The notes under the pieces: generated by a model
The model's input: only the letters and a program-made list of their open reading frames with translations
Databases searched by the model: none
What the model was told of the DNA's origin: nothing
NCBI GenBank assembly: GCA_964016885.1
Contig: OZ024741.1
Coordinates: 329,220,001-329,284,000 of the forward strand
Source: Eledone cirrhosa
Lineage: Eukaryota
DNA length: 64,000 nt
Reading direction: 5' to 3'
In this document: one piece after another, positions 13,791 through 30,150 of the stretch
Numbering within the stretch: position 1 is the stretch's first letter
Layout of the letters: every line of letters starts with the position of its first letter
Position numbers and translations under genes: made by a program

Positions 13791-14255
13791 TGGTGGTAAT
13801 GTTATTGCTGTTCATGTAGTTGTTGTTGTGGTTGTTGCTGTCGTAACTCTAGCTGTTGTTGTTTTTGTCGTATTTGTAATTGCTGTTAGTGTAGCAATAA
13901 TTGTTAGTTTTTGGTGTAGTTGCTGTTGTTGTTGTAGTTGTTATTGCTGTTGTTATAGTTGTTGTTGTTGGTGTTGTTGCTGCTGTTGTTGATGTAGTTG
14001 TTTATGATGTTGTTGTTGTAGTTGTTATTGCTGTTGTTGCAGTTGTTATTTCTGTTGTTGTTGTAGTTGTTATTGCTGTTGCTGTTGTAGTTGTTGTTGC
14101 TATTGTTGTTGTAGTTGTTGTTGCTATTGTTGCAATTGTTTATGCTGCTGTAATTGTAGTTGCTGTTTGTGTAGCAATAGTTGTTGTTGTTGTTTTAGTT
14201 GCTATAGCTGCTGTTGTTGTTGTAGAAGTTATTGTTGTTATTGTTCTTTAGACTG

Positions 14256-14472
14256 AGGTCAGTGAACTAGCAGAACCGGTAGAGCATCGGACAAAACCTT
14301 TTGCGTAATTTAGTTACGTTTTTTTTATATTCTGAGTTCAAATCCCGCCGAAGTTAACTTTACCATTCATCCTTCTGAGATCGATAAAATAAAGTACTTG
14401 TCATTTATGGGGATAGATGTAATCGACTTTCCCCTCCCCTCAGAAATTTCAGACCCTGTGCTTGAAATTAGG
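14256..14472 (+). mobile_element. tRNA-derived SINE, family 1 (Meta-domain-like core)
   Basis: B-box gagttcaaatcc, core catccttctgagatcgataaaataaagtac, degenerate tail. Confidence 0.75.
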
Positions 14473-15215
14473 TATTATTCTTTAATCTCTAAAACAACCC
14501 TGATTGAGTAGATTTATCGCCAAATGTAAAGCCAGCCATGACCACCCTGACTTCTTTACTTCAGTACATAGGACAGTGCTTTCCAAACTTATTTTCTTAC
14601 ATAATACTTATACGACTTTTTCTCCCAAAACCATGAAACCGACAGCCTACATTTTACGAGTAATCCCTATAAAGCAGGGCCGGATTAAGACCTTTAAAGC
14701 ATCCGAAAAGACAGAAGGGGACCCTCTACCCCCACCCCCACCCACACCCATTTTGCAGATCCTGGTTCAGATGTAACCTTACACTATGCTCTATCATAAA
14801 TTCAGAACTGGATATTAAAAAAAAAAACTCTATGAGGCCCTAAACACATGCTTATTTAGCTTAATGTGTAATCTAGGGCTGCAACAGACATGATTTAGAA
14901 TAGGAATTAATTAAATGAAACAAAAATTATTTTATACTAACAATATATTTGTATGAAAAAAAATTATCGTAACTTTTTTCTTATTAAAATTTATTAAGTG
15001 ACAGTTTATCACGTGGAACCCAAAGGTGCCTTTGAACGCCAGAGTTCCTCGGACCCCACTCTGAGCAACATCAATCAAGAATCACTTTTAAACAATGTCC
15101 TTTTTTCCATAGACAAGTGCGTTTGATTTGGCTGCTATTTCTTAATAGATCTAACATCATTTTTTTTATTACACTATTGTTGTTTCTTGTACCCCGTCAT
15201 TATTGATGTTGCTCA

Positions 15216-15632
15216 TAAAATAAAGTACCAGTAATGCACTGGGACAATTGCTGGCCTTGTGCCAAAAGTAAAAACAATTATTATTATCATTATTACTCGT
15301 GGATTGGCAGTGTCGGTAGACAGTTGGACACCATAGAGTTACGGCCCTTGACGGTTTGAGTTCTAATCCAGCCGAAGTTAACTTTGCCTTTCATCCTTAC
15401 GGGGTCGATAAAATAAAGTACCAATAATGTACTGCGTATTTGCTGGCCTTGTGCCAAAAGTAGAAACAATTATTACTATTAAGGGTGGTATTAGTGGTGA
15501 ATTGGCAGTATCGGTAGAGAGTCGGTCAACATACTTTTTCAGCATATAGTTGCGGATATTTAAGTTCTGAGTTCAAATCATGCCGGAGTTAACTTTGCTC
15601 TTCCTAATGCTGGGTTCAATATTATACCAGTC
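15216..15632 (+). mobile_element. Cluster of family 1 SINE copies
   Basis: Repeated ggattggcagt head, gcctttcatccttacggggtcgataaaataaagtaccag core, gctggccttgtgccaaaagtagaaac tail. Confidence 0.8.
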
Positions 15633-15789
15633 ATCTAATGGAATCCATCTAAACGACGCCACTTCCAAAAGACTGCTAGAAATAAATATTGTTTTTTTTT
15701 AGAGTCAAATAGTGACAGAACTATAGCAACAATAAAAGCAAGTTCAAAAATAAGATCAAAAACACATCTAAAACAATGTAAAGTAATTA

Positions 15790-18000
15790 CAATAGTAACA
15801 ACAACAACAACAATAAAAAACAGTAACAATAACAACAACAACAACAATAACAGCAACAGTAACAATAACAACAACGGCAACAATAACAACAGTAATAATA
15901 ACAATAACAGCAACAATAACAATAACAGCAACAATAATAACGGCAACAATAACAACAACAGTAACAATAACAACAACGGCAACAATAACAACAGCAACAA
16001 TAACAACAACAGTAACAATAACAACAACACTAACAATAACAACAACAACAAAAATAAATAACAGCAACAATAACAACAACAGCAACAATAACAACAACAA
16101 TAACAATAACAACAACAATGACAATAACAACAACAGCAACAATAACAACAAAAAATAACAATAACAACAACGGCAACAATAACAACAGTAATAATAACAA
16201 CAACAGTAACAATAACAACAACAGCAACAATAACAACAACGGCAACAATAACAACAGAAATAATAACAACAACAGCAACAATAACAACAACACAAAAATA
16301 AATAACAGCAACAATAACAACAACAGTAACAATAACAACAACAATAACAATAACAACAACAACAAAAATAAATAACAGCAACAATAACAACAACAATAAC
16401 AATAACAACAACAGCAACAATAACAACAACAGCAACAATAACAACAACAGCAACAATAACAACAACAATAACAATAACAACAACAGTAACAATAACAACA
16501 ACAATAACAATGACAACAACAGTAACAATAACAACAACAGTAACAATAACAACAACAGTAACAATAACAACAACAACAAAAATAAATAACAGCAACAATA
16601 ACAACAACAATAACAATAACAACAACAATAACAATAACAACAACAGCAACAATAACAACAACAGCAACAATAACAACAACAATAACAATAACAACAACAG
16701 CAACAATAACAACAACAGCAACAATAACAACAACAATAACAATAACAACAACAGCAACAATAACAACAACAGCAACAATAACAACAACAATAACAATAAC
16801 AACAACAGCAACAATAACAACAACAGCAACAATAACAACAACAATAACAATAACAACAACAGTAACAATAACAACAACAATAACAATAACAACAACAGCA
16901 ACAATAACAACAACAGCAACAATAACAACAACAATAACAATAACAACAACAGCAACAATAACAACAACAATAACAATAACAACAACAGCAACAATAACAA
17001 CAACAGCAACAATAACAACAACAATAACAATAACAACAACAGCAACAATAACAACAACAGCAACAATAACAACAACAGTAACAATAACAACAACAGCAAC
17101 AATAACAACAACAGTAACAATAACAACAACAGTAACAATAACAACAACAGCAACAATAACAACAACAGTAACAATAACAACAACAGTAACAATAACAACA
17201 ACAGCAACAATAACAACAACAGCAACAATAACAACAACAGTAACAATAACAACAACAGCAACAATAACAACAACAGTAACAATAACAACAACAGTAACAA
17301 TAACAACAGCAACAATAACAACAACAGTAACAATAACAACAACAGCAACAATAACAACAACAGTAACAATAACAACAACAGTAACAATAACAACAACAGC
17401 AACAATAACAACAACAGCAACAATAACAACAACAGCAACAATAACAACAACAGCAACAATAACAACAACAGCAACAATAACAACAACAGCAACAATAACA
17501 ACAACAGTAACAATAACAACAACAGCAACAATAACAACAACAGTAACAATAACAACAACAGTAACAATAACAACAACAGCAACAATAACAACAACAGTAA
17601 CAATAACAACAACAGTAACAATAACAACAACAGCAACAATAACAACAACAGTAACAATAACAACAACAGTAACAATAACAACAACAGCAACAATAACAAC
17701 AACAGTAACAATAACAACAACAGAAACAATAACAACAACAGTAACAATAACATCAACAGTAACAATAACAACAACAGCAACAATAACAACAACAGCAACA
17801 ATAACAACAACAGTAACAATAACAACAACAATAACAATAACAACAGCAACAATAACAACAACAGCAACAATAACAACAACAGCAACAATAACAACGGCAA
17901 CAATAACCACAACAATAACCACAACAATAACAACAACAGCAACAACAACTGCAACAATAACAACAACAGTAACAATAACAACAACAGCAACAATAACTGC
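15790..18000. repeat. AAC-based 18-bp minisatellite (aacaataacaacaacagY)
   Basis: Direct tandem periodicity; source of the poly-L/V/N ORFs. Confidence 0.95.
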
Positions 18001-18056
18001 AGCAGAATTAACAATATATTATTGAGAAAACCGGTGATATAACAATAAGTATAACA

Positions 18057-18166
18057 ATAATTGTTTCTACTTTTGGCACAAGGCCAGCAATTACTCAGTA
18101 CATTACTGGTACTTTATTTTATCGACCCCGTAAGGATGAAAGGCAAAGTTGACCTCGGCGGGATTT
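18057..18166 (-). mobile_element. Family 1 SINE, 3' half
   Basis: Reverse core atcgaccccgtaaggatgaaaggcaaag. Confidence 0.8.
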
Positions 18167-18169
18167 ATT

Positions 18170-19316
18170 TAATATTAGTAATATATATATAATATTAGTA
18201 ATATATATATAATATTAGTAATATATATATAATATTAGTAATATATATTTAATATTAGTAATATATATATAATATTAGTAATATATATTTAATATTAGTA
18301 ATATATATATAATATTAGTAATATATATATAATATTAGTAATATATATATAATATTAGTAATATATATATAATATTAGTAATATATATATAATATTAGTA
18401 ATATATATATAATATTAGTAATATATATATAATATTAGTAATATATATATAATATTAGTAATATATATATAATATTAGTAATATATATATAATATTAGTA
18501 ATATATATTTAATATTAGTAATATATATATAATATTAGTAATATATATATAATATTAGTAATATATATTTAATATTAGTAATATATATATAATATTAGTA
18601 ATATATATATAATATTAGTAATAACGAAGGAAATGTGGTAAGGCACCAGGTGGACCATAACGCACCAAAGTACTCAATACTTAGGGTAGTAGAGTGGGTA
18701 ATAGGAACAAATAAGACCCCGACGGCTGAGCTCAAGCCGTTTCGACGGCTAATAGAATTAGCCGTCGAAACGGCTTGAGCTCAGCCGTCGGGGTCTTATT
18801 TGTTCCTAATATTAGTAATATATATATAATATTAGTAATATATATATATAATATTAGTAATATATATATAATATTAGTAATATATATATAATATTAGTAA
18901 TATATATATATAATATTAGTAATATATATATAATATTAGTAATATATATATAATATTAGTAATATATATATATAATATTAGTAATATATATATAATATTA
19001 GTAATATATATATATAATATTAGTAATATATATATAATATTAGTAATATATATATAATATTAGTAATATATATATAATATTAGTAATATATATATATATA
19101 TATAGTATTACTAATATATATATATAATTGTTTCTACTTTTTGGCACAAGGCCAGCAATTATTTCAGTGTATTACTGGTACTTTATTTAATCGACTCCTA
19201 ATATTAGTAATATATATATAGTATTAGTAATATATATATATATAGTATTAGTAATATATATATATATAGTATTAGTAATATATATATAGTATTAGTAATA
19301 TATAATATTAGTAATA
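18170..19316. repeat. 20-bp minisatellite aatattagtaatatatatat, interrupted by insertions
   Basis: Direct tandem periodicity. Confidence 0.95.
18622..18808 (-). mobile_element. Fold-back PLE-type HHR remnant, family A
   Basis: Perfect palindrome about 18702-18808 centred on gacggcta/tagccgtc, tail on the left. Confidence 0.75.
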
Positions 19317-19508
19317 ACAATAATTGTTTCTACTTTTGACACAAGGCCAGCAATTATCTCAGTGTATTACTGGTACTTTATTTTATCGACCCCGTAAGGA
19401 TGAAAGGCAAAGTTAACCTCGGCGGGATTTGAACTAAGAATGGCAAGGGCCGTAACTCTATAGGTCAAAGTATGGCGTCCGACCCTCTACCGATACTGCC
19501 AATACACC
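19126..19508 (-). mobile_element. Family 1 SINE (full copy 19321-19508 plus a partial copy)
   Basis: Reverse core and head ctctaccgatactgccaat. Confidence 0.8.
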
Positions 19509-19838
19509 ACAATGATGATAATACATTATAGTAACAACAACAATGTATTATCATTATAGTAACAACAACAATAACAACAACAACGGCAACAACAACTTTA
19601 CTAGCTACATCAACAACACCACCAACAACACCAACAAGACCGCCACCACCACCAGCAGTAGCAACAACAACAACAACAACAACAACAACATTAATGAACC
19701 ATAAGAAAATCAACAACAGCAACAATAGCAACAACGTTGGTGATACGACAACAATAATAACAACTACAGTAACAGCTGCAACAGCAACAACAACAGCAGC
19801 AGCAATTTATTAAAAGAGTATTTTACATAGTTCGATTC

Positions 19839-20823
<985 letters not shown>

Positions 20824-21014
20824 TACACACATTCTGTATATCACTCACTGACGACACACACACACTGACGCATACATCGTTGAAACACACGCTCACACAC
20901 ATACACACGCTCACACACATACACACGCACTCACACATACTTCCTTGGCACACACACACACACGCACACTGGCCACACACTTCGTTGACACACACAATAA
21001 CACACATACACAAT

Positions 21015-21069
<55 letters not shown>

Positions 21070-21117
21070 ACACACACATAATCATTCGCTCTCCTCCCAG
21101 AAAGCGAAACACTTCAT

Positions 21118-21191
<74 letters not shown>

Positions 21192-21910
21192 TCTCTCTCT
21201 CTCCCTCTCTATCTCTCTCTCTCTCGCTCTCTCTCTTACCTTCTCCCATTATTTATCTCCCTCTCTCCCATCCCATCCTCTCTCTCTTTCACACACACAC
21301 GCGCATGCGTGCGTGCGTGCGCATGTACATTCATATACACGTTATATTCTGTTTATTACTGAGTGACACACGCAAATAAAACACTCATTCAAACACACTC
21401 TCTCTTTCCCTCTCCATCTCTCTCTCCCTCTCTCTCTCCCTCTCTCTCTCTCACTTACTCTCGCTCTCCCTCTCTCTTTCTCCCAATCTATCTCTCTCTA
21501 TCTATCTATTTATCTATCTACCTCTCTCTCTTTTACTCTCCCACTCTATCTCTCTCTGTCTCCCTCACACATATATCCACATACACACAGTATATTACTC
21601 AGCAACACGCACATTCATCACACACACTGAAACATACGCATGTCCCCTACACACATACACACATAAACACACACATACCTTCAATATATCTCTTAGTCAC
21701 ACACACATACACTCATAATATAAACACACACCTCCCCCTCTCCCTCTCCCTCTTTCTCTCTCTCTCTCTCTCTTTCGCTTTCTCATACGAATTCAAACAC
21801 ATATATACACACACATGTGCAGATATATACACACATATGTTCATTATATCTCTTAGTGACACATACTCACACACGTATGCACACATCACTGACACTATAA
21901 CATAAACACA

Positions 21911-21949
<39 letters not shown>

Positions 21950-22305
21950 ATATATATCTCTCTCTCGCTCTTTCCCTATATATATATCTCCCTCCCTATA
22001 TATCTCCCTCTCACCTCTCTCTCCCTCTCTCCCTCTCTCTCACTCCCTCTCTCTTTATCATACGAATATAAACACACACACTCACATGCACATGTACAGA
22101 TATGCATACACACATATGTTCAGTGTATCAATCAGTCACACACACACGCCTCACAGACACTAACACATACGCACCTTAATCACACGGGGGGGGGGGGGGA
22201 GAGAATTCACTCACTCCCTCATTCGGTCGCTCTTTCATTCACACAAAACATCGCACGTCCTTCTATCTCTATCTACATATCTATCCACACACCTACCTCT
22301 CTCTC

Positions 22306-22346
<41 letters not shown>

Positions 22347-22347
22347 T

Positions 22348-22389
<42 letters not shown>

Positions 22390-22919
22390 CCTTTGTCCTT
22401 CTCTCTATCTCTGTCTCTGTCTCTGTCCCTCACACACTCTGTGTTTCTCTCTCTATTACTCCACCTCACCCATTAACATCCTCTCTTTCAAAACTGAAGT
22501 TTCCATTCACAAAAGAACAGGTTGAAACATTTTGCAAGTTGGATTGAACAAAGCCAGTTGGATATTTTTTGGCATATTCCCTTCCACCCGAAAAAAAGTT
22601 TTGTATACACACACATACATCGACCACTCGCCTGTTTATATATATACATATATATATTTATTTATATATATATACATACATATATTTATATATATATAAG
22701 TATATATATATACTTATATATATACTTATATATATATATATATATATAAGTATATATGTATATAATATAATATAATATATGTACATATATCTATGATATA
22801 TATACATATATATATGTGATATATATATATATTATATATATTTTTTGTTGGTGTAATCAACGTGTTCTCTAGAAGCAGAGTATTTGTCCGGCGGGATTTA
22901 TTATCAAACTTTCTGCAAG

Positions 22920-23150
22920 CACCGTCATACAACAGCCAGGTGTGTTTCTATAACGTACAAGAAAGAAGAAACAGGTGTGTTTTCTCTATCATATAACAGC
23001 AAGGTGTGTTTGTTATATCATACAATAAGGTGTGTCCCTACAGCCCACAACAAGGTGTGGTCCTATATCATACAACTCAAGTTATTATCCTTTATCATAC
23101 ATCCATAGGTTTGTCTCCTATTTCATACACAACTATACAGTTTCCTACGC
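22920..23150. repeat. Degenerate 26-30 bp tandem repeat (tatcatacaacaaggtgtgt...)
   Basis: aggtgtg and tatcatac recur about 6-7 times. Confidence 0.6.
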
Positions 23151-23810
23151 CGAAAACCAAGATTGTTCTTTGATAATTCAACACATGTAAAATATATACT
23201 ATTTTGATATTATATATAACTATATATATATATATAGTTGTATATAGTTATATATAACTTTATGTATATATATATAATTATATATATATAATTGTATATA
23301 TATAATATATATAAATAAATATATATAATTGTATATAGGGATACATGTATATATACATATATTCACATATGTATATATACATATATTCAAATATATATAA
23401 ATATATATATAGAAATATATAGATATAGTAATGTAGTTCTATATAAATTGTTAGATAGATAGAATACTAAATGAATACATAGATGGATAGATGGATATTC
23501 TATATAATATGTGGTTTGTTTCAAATATAGTTCCACGTCACATAGCTTAGTAAGACGAAAAAATACAACTTTTACTTGAGAACAACTGTGAACAAAACAT
23601 GACAATATGAACTACTTTGAACATTTGAAAGCAACATGGAATATCCAGGTAAGTCTACTTCACTTCACTTACCTGTGTGACATATAGATTGAGGCAAGCA
23701 GAAACACGGACACATAAAAACATACATAAATACATACATAAACTCACACACGGATACATAAATACATGCATAAACTCTCACACACACACACATACACACA
23801 CACATACATG

Positions 23811-23879
<69 letters not shown>

Positions 23880-24110
23880 GTATATATGTGTATGTATGTA
23901 CAAATGTATGTGTGTATGCATATATGAATGTATGTATGAATTGGAAAACAGATTTTCTTTCTAACATCTTATTGCGTTCAAGTTTGATGTTTCTATTTTA
24001 TCTTGTTTTTATATTAAGGAACTTTTATTTCTCTCATGCTTCTTTGCGTTTGGTTTCGAACAGATGCTTACATAGATCCACACACATACACACAAGCGCT
24101 CATACACCCA

Positions 24111-24170
<60 letters not shown>

Positions 24171-24276
24171 GGAGAGAGGGAGAGTGAAGGAGGGAAAGAA
24201 AGAGAGAGTCTGTGGTGTGGAGACCGGGAAGTCCACAATTCATACGAGCCCTCAAAACATGAGAAGATGCAGAGTG

Positions 24277-24357
<81 letters not shown>

Positions 24358-24358
<1 letters not shown>

Positions 24359-24543
24359 GGATTGGCAGTATTGGTAGAGGGTCGGACGCCATGCTTTGAC
24401 GTATAGAGTTACGGCCCTTGCCATTCTGAGTTCAAATCCCCCCCAGGTTAACTTTGCCTTTCATCCTTACGGGGTCGATAAAATAAAGTACCAGTAATGC
24501 ACTGGGTAATTGCTGGCCTTGTGACTAACGTAGAAACAATTAT
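24358..24543 (+). mobile_element. Family 1 SINE
   Basis: Head, B-box, core and tail all present. Confidence 0.85.
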
Positions 24544-24989
24544 TATTATTATGAATATATTATAAGAACAGATTAAAGTTTAAGCAAACAATCGGTGCTT
24601 TCAACCTTAACGAGCCCTCTTCGGATTTTAGTCTTCACATTTATTATTACTATATATATATATCATATATATCATATGTTGTATTCATTATAACAAGTGT
24701 TTTCACGTGGCCCGTTTTCAACTTCCGATTCTGGGTGGTATGGGGTGAGGTGGTATCTTTTTCATCAAACATTGATGAAAGGTCTCATTTTCTATATAGA
24801 TATAAATATAGACACAACATAATCTCTTACTTACATAGATATAATTATATATATATATAATACCATATAATAAATTATATAACCATACACACACGCATAT
24901 ATACACACAAACATATATACATATATAGATATAGATATATAGATATATATATAAATATATACACACACGCACACCCACATACACATATG

Positions 24990-25029
<40 letters not shown>

Positions 25030-25575
25030 AATATATATACACACATAAATATATATATATATATACTCAAGTGTATATTTGTGAATATAACATATATATA
25101 TATATATCCTTCTCTCCCCTCTCTCTCTCCTCTCTTCTCTCCTCTCCTTCTCTCTCCTCTCTCTCATTCTTACTTTTGCTTTATTCCCTTGTTCGAATTT
25201 CTCCCAAACTCGTCACTTCCTTTTGTTTTCCTCACCAATTCTGCCCCAAAGCTACATTGCTTCAGAGCTACATTACTATACAGCTCCATATTTCTCTCTA
25301 TACCCTACTACAGCTGTAAATATTACACCGTCTTATTCGTTGATTCGGCCACAAATATCTCCTTCACTCTCTGTCTCTATCTCTCTCCCTCACTCTCTCT
25401 CTCTCCTTCTGTTTCTCTACATCTCTCTTTTTATATGTCTCTCCTTCTCTCTCTCTTCTTCTCTCTCCCTCTATCTGTCTGTCTCTTTCCCTCTCTGTCG
25501 CTCTACCTGCCTATCTTTATGTATCTGCCGTATCTCTCTATAACGATATATGAGATTCACTTAAGGAGTCTAGAA

Positions 25576-25611
<36 letters not shown>

Positions 25612-25630
25612 GTATATACGTTTGTGTATG

Positions 25631-25666
<36 letters not shown>

Positions 25667-26344
25667 TATATATATAGAGAGAGAGATAGATATATATAAC
25701 TATTGAAGTTTCCGTTGAAAATTGAAAAAGTCATAGGAGTGAAGAGTGCTCTATGTAAGTACCAGAGCAAAATTTAATGTATAATAAACAATACAATATA
25801 ATTACCTCATTACCAGAGGTTTCCCGAATAAGACGAATACGAAAAAAACGTCCTCATTCGTTCGTCGGACAAGGCAATATGAAACATAGTGAAATATTTG
25901 GAAAGTCTCCTCAAGAAATGCAAAAAATATATATATATATAAATAAAAGTAATGCAAGAGATATATAAAATATATAAAAAAATATAAGGAAATATAGTTA
26001 GGTGTGTGTATATGTATGTACTATACACTCACAAATGTACATATGTATGTATGTACAAATGCGTGTGTATGGGGAAAATGTGTGCGTAAGTACATATATG
26101 AGGGCAAATTGATATATATATGTATACATATGTGTGTGCTTGCATATATATATATATATATATATATTTTACTCTTTTACTTGTTCCAGCCATCTGGCTG
26201 AGGTCATGCTGGGGCACCGCCCTTTATATATATGTACATATATATGTGTGTGTGTGTGTGTGTCTGTGTCTGTGTGTGTGTATGTACTCGTGTTATGTAT
26301 TTCTGTTCCATTGTTGTTCTGTTTTGTTTTTATGTTATTTAAAG

Positions 26345-26507
26345 ATCGTTCTGAGTTCAAATCCCGCCGATGTTAGCTTTTCTTTTCATCCGCTCGGAGT
26401 CGATAAAATAAAGTACCAAAAGTACCAGTAAGGCGTTGTTGTCGATTTAAGTAACTCTCCCCTGCCACAAAATTGCTGACTTTGTGCCTAAATCAAAAAC
26501 CATTATT
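26345..26507 (+). mobile_element. Family 1 SINE, 5'-truncated
   Basis: B-box, core and tail. Confidence 0.75.
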
Positions 26508-27055
26508 TAAACTTCGTTTGAGAATCGAACCAGCGACGTGACACTCAGCGCCACAATACTTCAAAATTCACCTCTAAATTATATGATTTTATATCTTTTC
26601 CTGGTCTCAGCCATTTGTCTCCGGTCATTCTGGGGCACCACCTCCAAATTATCTTAATTTGGCCATATCGAACTATATTACGGGGACATAAGGACACACA
26701 CGCAGAAGTATGCATATAAAAACAGCTATATATGTGTGTGTGTAAATATGTGTGCGTGTGGACAAAGCGGTTGATTTAAGGAGCATTCGTAAAATGTTAC
26801 AATTTGAAATATGTGCACCCCAGTATCGACAAAGGTGCCGCGTCGTGGAATTGACATAAAAATCACGTGGTTGTTAAGCGAACTCCTACACCACATACCT
26901 GTGCCTAAAATATCATGTTTTTGTTTTTTTTACATTCTATTTTCACTTTCGAGCACATGGTTTTTAACTTCTTGCTTATTCAGATTTTATATATATAGAA
27001 ATGGATCTCCGTTCTATTCAGGCAGTTATTGTCCCAATTTTGCTATCGACAATTA

Positions 27056-27250
27056 AGCCTAGCCACGAAATCATTGTGCAAGTGGTTGAGCATTCTTTGA
27101 CGAAGTTCTCAAGATCATTGAGTGTGACATAGTGTGTGACAAGGCTGGCTCTTTAAATTAGAAATGCAGCTCATTTTTTTCCAGCTGAGTGAGTTGGGGG
27201 AATGCGAATTAAAGTGTCATATTTATCAAGAATACAATTGAACTCACGAC
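27056..27250 (-). mobile_element. Family 2 SINE
   Basis: gtgcaagtggttgagcattc and gtgtgacaaggctggc motifs match the other copies in reverse. Confidence 0.65.
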
Positions 27251-27251
27251 C

Positions 27252-27524
27252 TTAACCCTTAAGCATTTACATTACTCTATATATACTATCATATTTTCAT
27301 GGTAAAGGCTTTATCTCACATAATTATCTCACATAATTATCTCACATAATTATCTCACATAATTATCTCACATAATATCGAATCTATGAAATTTTGATAT
27401 TATTTATTTTGAGAACAATACCTTAACATCAGTATGAGTAACCAGTTACGGCCGGTTTGAAAAGAATGAGGTGAGAGAAGAGAATACTGGCCGGATACGG
27501 CCGGTTTGAATGCTAAGGAATTAA
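27252..27524. mobile_element. piggyBac-like MITE (second copy about 30771-30972)
   Basis: ttaacccttaagcatt ... aatgctaaggaattaa termini with TTAA; internal 14-bp repeat; homologous copy ends gggttaa. Confidence 0.5.
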
Positions 27525-28072
27525 ACACGTCAACCGAACACCCTAACCACTACAAATATGACCAAATAGGTATGACCATACAAAGACATGCAATCATGCT
27601 CACATTTTCGCTGCCGCCCCAAACCATCCCACCACCTCACACTTTATTATTATTTTGTTTTTCATACAACTTCGAAAACTTTATTATAAACAGCATTTCT
27701 GTCATAAAATTAGTATCTGACTTGAAAAATTATATAAATCCATTTAAGTTGGTGCTTCAGCATGGCCGCACACTAATGACTGAAATCACTAAAACAATAC
27801 AAGAACGAAGAGTATAGCACGTATATTCCTTTGTGTATCTATAAGTGTTACTGAGATGATGAGTAAGTGTGTGTATGCAAGTAAGAATGTATTGTGACAG
27901 GTGTTTCACAAGTGTCATACAATACATATACAAACATTTGGGAGCGTTGTGCGCGTGTATTTATTTCCACGTAATGAGATGTATACATACATACACACGC
28001 ATACACTCGCACACATACGCATACACACATACACACACAAACAATTATATATTTATATATATATATATATAT

Positions 28073-28200
<128 letters not shown>

Positions 28201-28340
28201 ATACGTATGCATTTATATAATGCCTATATCAATCATTCACAATTAGTTTACACATTCCACATGATCAGCTGTGATCAATATAATGTGTACCGTCTAACTT
28301 TACTTTAAATTTGTATCCTCTCTTGAAACATACGATACAA

Positions 28341-28376
28341 CTTTTGAAAAGCACAAAGGCTGCGAAACCGGTAAAG
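28341..28376 (+). ncRNA. Degenerate minimal hammerhead
   Basis: Stem I ctt/aag, decayed core TTGAAAA, stem II gca/tgc, GAAA-ccgg-TA with palindromic ACCGGT. Confidence 0.35.
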
Positions 28377-28696
28377 GAACCAAATAAATATTGATAAAAA
28401 GACTCCAGTTGCATTTTCAATTTCATCTTTTTTCCTTATACTTTAGGACCTCTCGTTTTTTTTCATTTTGTAAAAAACCTCATTTTCTAATATATATATA
28501 TATATAGTAATAATAATAAATTTGAAAACTAAAATCCAAAGAAGGCTCGATAAGGATAAATATATATCAAATATATAAGAACCGTAGAGCAAATATTTAT
28601 TAAAATAACGGATTTTGTTCAGAAGATCCCGTTAAGGGTGCCGTTAAGGTTGTCTTTTTTCCGGGTATGTCAATATTTATTTATAAAACAAATCTG

Positions 28697-28762
28697 TATT
28701 TTATCTGATGAAAGCGCACCATAATTTGCCTTGGTTGCCCTTGAAATATGTATAATAAAATA
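28697..28762 (+). ncRNA. Minimal type I hammerhead ribozyme in a PLE-like 3' end (about 28670-28897)
   Basis: Stem I tattttat/ataaaata extended by atttataaaac/gttttataaat; CTGATGA 28705-28711; stem II aag..gca..cca/tgg..tgc..ctt; GAAA-tatgta-TA. Confidence 0.8.
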
Positions 28763-28893
28763 AATATCGTTTTATAAATATAGTTTCCATTTATTAATAT
28801 ATTGTGTATTTACTCCACTAACCTGTTGAGTGCTTTATATCAGTTATAAAAATGTTTAAGCTTGTTGAATCCCAACAAATTAAATATAACCTC

Positions 28894-28932
<39 letters not shown>

Positions 28933-29524
28933 GCCCTCAGACAACACATATGTGACCCATGTGGCTGTTGGGGGACCCTGAGTTTGACATGCCTGCTGTG
29001 GAGAATTGGGCCCTACCAGGTTCTAAACATTACCCTAGAAACACCGAATGTCGGGAGGGGACCACTCTCAAAAAGGGTACTAATACATTATGGGTATATA
29101 CAGAATATGGGTATATACAGAACCAGAACTGTTTCATTCTTTAAAAATCACCAGGAAAGTACTTTCTTACGAAAAAAACTGTTTTAGTCTCATAGTAGTC
29201 ATTTCTTTAATAAAATGAATACTCTACTAACGTATCGAGTATCTTTTTTGACAGAGGTCACCTCCATATATATATATATATGGAGGTGACCTCTGTGTAT
29301 ATATATATATCAGTGGCTCCCAATCTTTTCGCTATTTGAATATTTTTCATATATGCTCGGCTAAAATTGTTCCCCTCTTAGATTGTTAATCGGCGATAAT
29401 AAAAGTAATTGTATAATTGGAAGTAAAAAGGGTTTATACTTAGAAATGAATGGATCCCGAATAACCTGTGTGTATTATAGGTTTGGAAAAATACTTGAAA
29501 TTTTAACAGCTCATGGTTCCACAG

Positions 29525-29589
<65 letters not shown>

Positions 29590-29591
<2 letters not shown>

Positions 29592-29790
29592 TATGGAGTA
29601 TTTCCGTATAAAAGGTAAAGGGAATAAGAGTGCTCTATATATAGTACAGAGCTATTTAATTATGTAATAAACAACACAATACAATTATTCTATTTACCCA
29701 ACGACTTCGGGCGCCTCTGTTGAGGTCACCTGTCTTCGTGAAACCTTGGGTAAATGGAATAAACGTATTGTGTTGTTTATTACATAATTA
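29590..29790 (-). mobile_element. Fold-back HHR remnant (related fragment at about 25700-25880)
   Basis: Palindrome about 29658-29789 around acga...tcgt-GAAA-ccttggg-TA; tail containing gagtgctctat; (TA)n flanks. Confidence 0.6.
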
Positions 29791-29965
29791 TTTATATATA
29801 TATATATATATATATATCCGTATGTCGTTGGTGGACGGAAGAAAAGAGTACTTAATACCAAAGTAGAGTTCAAATATTCATTTTATTAAGGCAAAATAGT
29901 GAGACTGATGATGACCCTATGAGCAAGCAGGTGAAAATCCAGAGTAACAAGACTGACTATTATAT

Positions 29966-30150
29966 AACTGTTTCTACTTTTGGCACAAGGCCAGTAATTA
30001 TCCAGTACATTACTGGTACTTTATTTTATTGACCCCGTAAGGGTGAAAGGCAAATTTAACCTCGGCGGGATTTGAACTCAGATCGTAAAGAGACATAACT
30101 ATGCTGCAAAGCATGGCGTCCGACTCTCTACCGATACTGCCAATTCACCG
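29966..30150 (-). mobile_element. Family 1 SINE
   Basis: Reverse tail, core and head. Confidence 0.85.

Noticed and set aside
12741-13819. Thr-rich mucin-like or Val-rich repeat ORFs
   Set aside because: Frame breaks near 13395, (GGT)n length varies freely, and there is no splice or signal context; a minisatellite is the simpler reading
29895-29960. CTGATGA-tg-acc...ggt-GAAA hammerhead-like string
   Set aside because: Stems I and III do not pair, and the orientation conflicts with the adjacent tail motif
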